A stretch of 64,000 bases of DNA, from the NCBI GenBank assembly GCA_048128005.1, contig JBEUKZ010000054.1, positions 1,054,001-1,118,000 of the forward strand, read 5' to 3'. The notes beneath the pieces were generated by a model that saw only the letters and a program-made list of their open reading frames with translations, made no database searches and was not told where the DNA came from. The position numbers and the translations under genes were made by a program. The DNA is from Veleropilina oligotropha (Eukaryota). The number at the start of each line of letters is the position of its first letter. The stretch's first letter is position 1. Of this stretch, positions 52,701 through 61,700 are shown one piece after another.

Positions 52701-55700
52701 GTAAGGGGGGAGAGGAAGCAGGAGATGAGGGTAGGGGGTGAGAGGATGCAGGAGATGTAGGTAGGGGGTGAGAGGAAGCAGAAGATGAGGGTAGGGGGTG
52801 AGAGGAAGCAGGAGATGTAGGTAGGGGGTGAGAGGAAGCAGGAGATGAGGGTAGGGGGTGAGAGGAAGCAGGAGATGTAGGTAGGGGGTGAGAGGAAGCA
52901 GGAGATGAGGGTAGGGGGTGAGAGGAAGCAGGAGATGTAGGTAGGGGGTGAGAGGAAGCAGAAGATGAGGGTAGGGGGTGAGAGGAAGCAGGAGATGAGG
53001 GTAGGGGGTGAGAGGAAGCAGGAGATGAGGGTAGGGGGGAGAGGAAGCAGAAGATGAGGGTAGGGGGTGAGAGGAAGCAGGAGATGTAGGTAGGGGGTGA
53101 GAGGAAGCAGAAGATGAGGGTAGGGGGTGAGAGGAAGCAGAAGATGAGGGTAGGGGGTGAGAGGAAGCAGAAGATGAGGGTAGGGGGTGAGAGGAAGCAG
53201 GAGATGAGGGTAGGGGGTGAGAGGATGCAGGAGATGAAGGTAGGGGGTGAGAGGAAGCAGGAGATGAGGGTAGGGGGTGAGAGGAAGCAGAAGATGAGGG
53301 TAGGGGGTGAGAGGAAGCAGGAGATGTAGGTAGGGGGTGAGAGGAAGCAGAAGATGAGGGTAGGGGGTGAGAGGAAGCAGGAGATGAGGGTAGGGGGTGA
53401 GAGGAAGCAGGAGATGTAGGTAGGGGGTGAGAGGAAGCAGAAGATGAGGGTAGGGGGTGAGAGGAAGCAGGAGATGAGGGTAGGGGGTGAGAGGAAGCAG
53501 GAGATGTAGGTAGGGGGTGAGAGGAAGCAGAAGATGAGGGTAAAGGGGGAGAGGAAGCAGAAGATGAGGGTAAGGGGTGAGAGGATGCAGGAGATGTAGG
53601 TAGGGGGTGAGAGGAAGCAGGAGATGTAGGTTAGGGGGAGAGGATGCAGGAGATGAGGGTAGGGGGTGAGAGGAAGCAGGAGATGAGGGTAGGGGGTGAG
53701 AGGAAGCAGGAGATGAGGGTAGGGGGTGAGAGGAAGCAGGAGATGAGGGTAGGGGGTGAGAGGATGCAGGAGATGAAGGTAGGGGTGAGAGGAAGCAGGA
53801 GATGAGGGTAGGGGGTGAGAGGAAGCAGAAGATGAGGGTAGGGGGTGAGAGGATGCAGGAGATGTAGGTAAGGGGGGAGAGGAAGCAGAAGATGAGGGTA
53901 GGGGGTGAGAGGAAGCAGAAGATGAGGGTAGGGGGTGAGAGGAAGCAGGAGATGAGGGTAGGGGGTGAGAGGATGCAGGAGATGAAGGTAGGGGTGAGAG
54001 GAAGCAGGAGATGAGGGTAGGGGGTGAGAGGAAGCAGAAGATGAGGGTAGGGGGTGAGAGGATGCAGGAGATGTAGGTAAGGGGGGAGAGGAAGCAGAAG
54101 ATGAGGGTAGGGGGTGAGAGGAAGCAGGAGATGAGGGTAGGGGGTGAGAGGAAGCAGGAGATGAGGGTAGGGGGTGAGAGGATGCAGGAGATGTAGGTTA
54201 GGGGGAGAGGAAGCAGAAGATGACGGTAAAGGGGGAGAGGAAGCAGGAGATGTAGATAGGGGGTGAGAGGATGCAGGAGATGAAGGTAGGGGTGAGAGGA
54301 AGCAGGAGATGAGGGTAGGGGGTGAGAGGAAGCAGAAGATGAGGGTAGGGGGTGAGAGGATGCAGGAGATGTAGGTTAGGGGGAGAGGAAGCAGAAGATG
54401 ACGGTAAAGGGGGAGAGGAAGCAGGAGATGTAGATAGGGGGTGAGAGGATGCAGGAGATGAAGGTAGGGGTGAGAGGAAGCAGAAGATGAGGGTAGGGGG
54501 TGAGAGGAAGCAGGAAATGAGGGTAGGGGGTGAGAGGAAGCAGGAGATGTAGGTAGGGGGTGAGAGGAAGCAGGAGATGTAGGTAGGGGGTGAGAGGATG
54601 CAGGAGATGAGGGTAGGGGGTGAGAGGAAGCAGGAGATGAGGGTAGGGGGTGAGAGGATGCAGGAGATGAAGGTAGGGGTGAGAGGAAGCAGGAGATGAG
54701 GGTAGGGGGTGAGAGGAAGCAGAAGATGAGGGTAGGGGGTGAGAGGAAGCAGGAGATGTAGGTAGGGGGTGAGAGGAAGCAGGAGATGTAGGTAGGGGGT
54801 GAGAGGAAGCAGGAGATGAAGGTTAGGGGGTGAGAGGAAGCAGAAGATGAGGGTAAAGGGGGAGAGGAAGCAGGAGATGAGGGTAGGGGGTGAGAGGAAG
54901 CAGAAGATGAGGGTAGGGGGTGAGAGGATGCAGGAGATGTAGGTTAGGGGGAGAGGAAGCAGAAGATGACGGTAAAGGGGGAGAGGAAGCAGGAGATGTA
55001 GATAGGGGGTGAGAGGATGCAGGAGATGAAGGTAGGGGTGAGAGGAAGCAGAAGATGAGGGTAGGGGGTGAGAGGAAGCAGGAAATGAGGGTAGGGGGTG
55101 AGAGGAAGCAGGAGATGTAGGTAGGGGGTGAGAGGAAGCAGGAGATGTAGGTAGGGGGTGAGAGGATGCAGGAGATGAGGGTAGGGGGTGAGAGGAAGCA
55201 GGAGATGAGGGTAGGGGGTGAGAGGATGCAGGAGATGAAGGTAGGGGTGAGAGGAAGCAGGAGATGAGGGTAGGGGGTGAGAGGAAGCAGGAGATGAGGG
55301 TAGGGGGTGAGAGGAAGCAGAAGATGAGGGTAGGGGGTGAGAGGATGCAGGAGATGTAGGTTAGGGGGAGAGGAAGCAGAAGATGACGGTAAAGGGGGAG
55401 AGGAAGCAGGAGATGTAGATAGGGGGTGAGAGGATGCAGGAGATGAAGGTAGGGGTGAGAGGAAGCAGAAGATGAGGGTAGGGGGTGAGAGGAAGCAGGA
55501 AATGAGGGTAGGGGGTGAGAGGAAGCAGGAGATGTAGGTAGGGGGTGAGAGGAAGCAGGAGATGTAGGTAGGGGGTGAGAGGATGCAGGAGATGAGGGTA
55601 GGGGGTGAGAGGAAGCAGGAGATGAGGGTAGGGGGTGAGAGGATGCAGGAGATGAAGGTAGGGGTGAGAGGAAGCAGGAGATGAGGGTAGGGGGTGAGAG

Positions 55701-58700
55701 GAAGCAGAAGATGAGGGTAGGGGGTGAGAGGAAGCAGAAGATGAGGGTAGGGGGTGAGAGGAAGCAGGAGATGAGGGTAGGGGGTGAGAGGAAGCAGGAG
55801 ATGTAGGTAGGGGGTGAGAGGAAGCAGGAGATGTAGGTAGGGGGTGAGAGGAAGCAGGAGATGAAGGTTAGGGGGGAGAGGAGGCAGAAGATGTAGGTAG
55901 GGGGTGAGAGGAAGCAGGAGATGTAGGTAGGGGGTGAGAGGAAGCAGGAGATGTAGGTAGGGGGTGAGAGGAAGCAGGAGATGTAGGTAGGGGGTGAGAG
56001 GAAGCAGGAGATGTAGGTAGGGGGTGAGAGGATGCAGGAGATGTAGGTAGGGGGTGAGAGGAAGCAGGAGATGTAGGTAGGGGGTGAGAGGAAGCAGGAG
56101 ATGTAGGTAGGGGGTGAGAGGAAGCAGGAGATGTAGGTAGGGGGTGAGAGGAAGCAGGAGATGTAGGTAGGGGGTGAGAGGATGCAGGAGATGAAGGTAG
56201 GGGGTGAGAGGAAGCAGGAGATGAGGGTAGGGGGTGAGAGGATGAAGGTAAGGGTTAGAGGAAGCAGAAGATGAGGGTAAGGGTTGAGAGGATGAAGGTA
56301 AGGGTTAGAGGAAGCAGAAGATGAGGGTAAAGGGGGAGAGGAAGCAGGAGATGAGGGTAAGGGTTGAGAGGATGAAGGTAAGGGTTAGAGGAAGCAGAAG
56401 ATGAGGGTAAGGGTTGAGAGGATGAAGGTAAGGGTTAGAGGAAGCAGAAGATGAGGGTAAGGGTTGAGAGGATGAAGGTAAGGGTTAGAGGAAGCAGAAG
56501 ATGAGGGTAAAGGGGGAGAGGAAGCAGGAGATGTAGGTAGGGGGTGAGAGGAAGCAGGAGATGAAGGTAGGGGGTGAGAGGAAGCAGGAGATGTAGGTAG
56601 GGGGTGAGAGGAAGCAGGAGATGAGGGTAGGGGGTGAGAGGAAGCAGGAGATGTAGGTAGGGGGTGAGAGGATGCAGGAGATGTAGGTAGGGGGTGAGAG
56701 GAAGCAGAAGATGAGGGTAAGGGGTGAGAGGAAGCAGAAGATGAGGGTAAGGGGTGAGAGGAAGCAGGAGATGAGGGTAGGGGGTGAGAGGAAGCAGGAG
56801 ATGTAGGTAGGGGGTGAGAGGATGCAGGAGATGAAGGTAAGGGGTGAGAGGATGTACGTTAGGGGGGAGAGGAAGCAGGAGATGAAGGTAAGGGGAAGAG
56901 GAAGCAGGAGATGAGGGTAGGGGGTGAGAGGAAGCAGAAGATGAAGGTAGGGGGTGAGAGGATGCAGGAGATGAAGGTAAGGGGTGAGAGGAAGCAGGAG
57001 ATGAGGGTAGGGGGTGAGAGGAAGCAGGAGATGAGGGTAGGGGGTGAGAGGATGCAGGAGATGAAGGTAAGGGGGGAGAGGAAGCAGGAGATGAGGGTAG
57101 GGGGTGAGAGGAAGCAGGAGATGTAGGTAGGGGGTGAGAGGATGCAGGAGATGAAGGTTAGGGGGGAGATGAAGCAGGAGATGAAGGTAGGGGGTGAGAG
57201 GATGCAGGAGATGAAGGTAAGGGGTGAGAGGAAGCAGGAGATGAGGGTAGGGGGTGAGAGGAAGCAGGAGATGAGGGTAGGGGGTGAGAGGATGCAGGAG
57301 ATGTAGGTAGGGGGTGAGAGGAAGCAGGAGATGTAGGTAGGGGGTGAGAGGAAGCAGAAGATGAAGGTAAGGGGTGAGAGGAAGCAGGAGATGAGGGTAA
57401 AGGGGGAGAGGAAGCAGGAGATGTAGGTAGGGGGTGAGAGGATGCAGGAGATGAGGGTAGGGGGTGAGAGGATGCAGGAGATGAGGGTAGGGGGTGAGAG
57501 GATGCAGGAGATGTAGGTAGGGGGTGAGAGGAAGCAGGAGATGTAGGTAGGGGGTGAGAGGAAGCAGAAGATGAAGGTAAGGGGTGAGAGGAAGCAGAAG
57601 ATGAGGGTAGGGGGTGAGAGGAAGCAGGAGATGTAGGTAGGGGGTGAGAGGAAGCAGGAGATGTAGGTAGGGGGTGAGAGGAAGCAGGAGATGAGGGTAG
57701 GGGGTGAGAGGAAGCAGGAGATGAGGGTAGGGGGTGAGAGGATGCAGGAGATGTAGGTTAGGGGGGAGAGGAAGCAGAAGATGAGGGTAGGGGGTGAGAG
57801 GAAGCAGGAGATGAGGGTAGGGGGTGAGAGGATGCAGGAGATGAGGGTAGGGGGTGAGAGGAAGCAGGAGATGAGGGTAGGGGGTGAGAGGATGCAGGAG
57901 ATGAAGGTAGGGGGTGAGAGGAAGCAGAAGATGAGGGTAGGGGGTGAGAGGAAGCAGAAGATGAGGGTAGGGGGTGAGAGGATGCAGGAGATGAGGGTAG
58001 GGGGTGAGAGGATGCAGGAGATGTAGGTAAGGGGGGAGAGGAAGCAGAAGATGAGGGTAGGGGGTGAGAGGAAGCAGGAGATGAGGGTAGGGGGTGAGAG
58101 GATGCAGGAGATGTAGGTTAGGGGGAGAGGAAGCAGAAGATGAGGGTAGGGGGTGAGAGGAACCAGGAGATGTAGGTAGGGGGTGAGAGGAAGCAGGAGA
58201 TGAGGGTAGGGGGTGAGAGGATGCAGGAGATGTAGGTTAGGGGGGAGAGTAAGCAGAAGATGAGGGTAGGGGGTGAGAGGAAGCAGGAGATGTAGGTAGG
58301 GGGTGAGAGGATGCAGGAGATGTAGGTTAGGGGGGAGAGGAAGCAGAAGATGAGGGTAGGGGGTGAGAGGAAGCAGGAGATGAGGGTAGGGGGTGAGAGG
58401 ATGCAGGAGATGAGGGTAGGGGGTGAGAGGATGCAGGAGATGAAGGTAGGGGGTGAGAGGAAGCAGGAGATGTAGGTAGGGGGTGAGAGGAAGCAGGAGA
58501 TGAGGGTAGGGGGTGAGAGGAAGCAGGAGATGAGGGTAGGGGGTGAGAGGATGCAGGAGATGAGGGTAAGGGGTGAGAGGAAGCAGAAGATGAAGGTAGG
58601 GGGTGAGAGGATGCAGGAGATGAAGGTATGGGGTGAGAGGAAGCAGAAGATGAGGGTAGGGGGTGAGAGGATGCAGGAGATGTGGGTAGGGGTGAGAGGA

Positions 58701-61700
58701 TGCAGGAGATGAGGGTAGGGGTGAGAGGAAGCAGGAGATGTAGGTAGGGGGTGAGAGGATGCAGGAGATGTAGGTAGGGGGTGAGAGGAAGCAGAAGATG
58801 AGGGTAGGGGGTGAGAGGAAGCAGAAGATGAGGGTAGGGGGTGAGAGGAAGCAGGAGATGTAGGTAGGGGGTGAGAGGATGCAGGAGATGAGGGTAGGGG
58901 GTGAGAGGAAGCAGGAGATGTAGGTAGGGGGTGAGAGGATGCAGGAGATGAGGGTAGGGGGTGAGAGGAAGCAGGAGATGAGGGTAGGGGGTGAGAGGAA
59001 GCAGAAGATGAGGGTAGGGGGTGAGAGGAAGCAGGAGATGTAGGTAGGGGGTGAGAGGATGCAGGAGATGAGGGTAGGGGGTGAGAGGAAGCAGGAGATG
59101 TAGGTAGGGGGTGAGAGGAAGCATGAGATGTAGGTAGGGGGTGAGAGGAAGCAGGAGATGAGGGTAGGGGGTGAGAGGAAGCAGGAGATGAGGGTAGGGG
59201 GTGAGAGGATGCAGGAGATGTAGGTTAGGGGGGAGAGGAAGCAGAAGATGAGGGTAAAGGGGGAGAGGAAGCAGGAGATGTAGGTAGGGGGTGAGAGGAA
59301 GCAGGAGATGAGGGTAGGGGGTGAGAGGAAGCAGGAGATGAGGGTAGGGGTTGAGAGGAAGCAGGAGATGTAGGTAGGGGTGAGAGGAAGCAGGAGATGA
59401 GGGTAGGGGGTGAGAGGAAGCAGGAGATGTAGGTAGGGGGTGAGAGGAAGCAGAAGATGAAGGTAGGGGGTGAGAGGAAGCAGGAGATGAGGGTAGGGGG
59501 TGAGAGGAAGCAGGAGATGAGGGTAGGGGGTGAGAGGAAGCAGGAGATGAGGGTAGGGGGTGAGAGGAAGCAGGAGATGTAGGTAGGGGGTGAGAGGAAG
59601 CAGGAGATGTAGGTAGGGGGTGAGAGGAAGCAGGAGATGTAGGAAGGGGGTGAGAGGAAGCAGGAGATGAGGGTAGGGGGTGAGAGGAAGCAGGAGATGA
59701 GGGTAGGGGGTGAGAGGAAGCAGGAGATGTAGGTAGGGGGTGAGAGGAAGCAGGAGATGGGGGTAGGGGGTGAGAGGAAGCAGGAGATGAGGGTAGGGGG
59801 TGAGAGGAAGCAGGAGATGTAGGTAGGGGGTGAGAGGAAGCAGGAGATGAGGGTAGGGGGTGAGAGGAAGCAGGAGATGAGGGTAGGGGGTGAGAGGAAG
59901 CAGGAGATGATGGTAGGGGGTGAGAGGAAGCAGGAGATGAGGGTAGGGGGTGAGAGGAAGCAGGAGATGTAGGTAGGGGGTGAGAGGATGCAGGAGATGT
60001 AGGTAAGGGGGGAGAGGAAGCAGGAGATGAGGGTAAAGTGGGAGAGGATGCAGGAGATGTAGGTAGGGGGTGAGAGGATGCAGGAGATGTAGGTAAGGGG
60101 GGAGAGGAAGCAGAAGATGAAGGAAAGGGGGAGATGGAGAAGTAGATGAAGGTATGGAGGCGAGGTCGTCAAGGAGAGGAAGCAGAAGATGAAGGTAAGG
60201 AGGAGAGGAAACAGATGATGAAAGTAAGGGGGAGAGGAGGCAGAAGATGAAGGAAAAGGGGAGATGGAGAAGAATTGAGTTGAGTTGACAACTTTGTTTT
60301 ACGACCCCTTGGGCAATTTTTCAGCCTTAACGTAGTCGGGACAACTGGTTTAAGGTCTCACTCCGATCTGACCGACATACATTAGGGATATGCCATCTAT
60401 TAGTTTTAAGCCTTAGTGGGGAATTAAAGATGAGGTCATCAGGGAGGCAAGTGGAAGGTGATGTAAGGAAGAGAACTGATTGAGCTATCAATTCGAAAAT
60501 TCATTTGGATCCTTTTAAGCTGAACAATAAATTCAAGTTCAAATGTTATGATCTCTGATTGTTTATTGTAGGAGGAGCTGGATAAGCTCTCTCAGCAGGG
60601 CGGCAGTAAGGAGGACAAGGATCGATTAATCCAGGAGCACGAGCGCGCGCTGCAGACCCTGCTGAACAAGATGGAGGCCGACCGTCTGCGCGCACAAAGC
60701 AATCTACAGGAGCGCCTCAAAAAACGCCGAGATGACAAGATGAAGAACAAACAGAGGGAAGCAAAGGATGAATACACCGAGCAGAAGAGGGAGTTTGAGG
60801 TCAAGCAGAAGAGTGAACTGAACCATCAGAAGGCGGATGAGGTAACAGCGGAGATATGTTTGAAGTAATGCGTTATCATACGATATGCAGATATGTTGTG
60901 TTATCATACGATATGCAGATATGTTGTGTTATCATACGATATGCAGATATGTTTTCTTTCATTATGATTTACTGCACCAAAGTATCAGAGATTTGTTTAT
61001 TAGCTATCAAGTATCAGATAATTATTTTCCAATATATAGGTGTGTATATTGTGCAAGTATCAAGTGTCATAGATATGAGGCTTAAATTCAAATGAAATTA
61101 CCTGTATCATAAACACAAGATATTGTCTGTACTGTAGAAAACATTTCTTGACCTTGAAAAGGGAAAAGAGGTCAGATTTTAAACCTGTTTGATGATGGTA
61201 CCACATAGTATCGATGTATCCAGTTTGCTCAAACTAATGCGTTCATCCTTTTCTGTTCAGGTCCTTGTAATGAAGGAGAGTTTAAACAGTAACCGTGCGT
61301 CTGCCCGCCCAAATTCAGCAGCATACATTGACGACCAATCGGATGAAGAGGAGGCTCCGGTTGTCATGGCAACAGAGATGCCTGCTGCGCTCACCAGGGC
61401 GGCGCCACTGAACGACGCTGAGCTGACCGCGCTGCTGATGGCATCTCCGCTGTATCAAAAACTAGAGCAGATCAAGAAATCCATCGCCAATGGCGGATTG
61501 AAAACGGGCCACAAAATGGAGAAAGGTAAGCAACCTTGAGCATTGGGCAATATATAACTATTGTAGCATTTTCATGCTTAAGTTTTAAAGCAATGGCGCT
61601 CCTAATTGTCGCTTTTGTCAGTGTGGATATTGCATTTTCATGATCTGCTTATTAAACTGAAAGAATATATTAATTTTAATCATAAAATGAAAGTTAGGTA

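Noticed and set aside
42635..60172. Repetitive ORFs (MNILPVN, MSRHRQTYVKT, MRVGGERKQE, LISCFLSPPT)
   Set aside because: These are translations of minisatellites with frequent stops and frameshifts.
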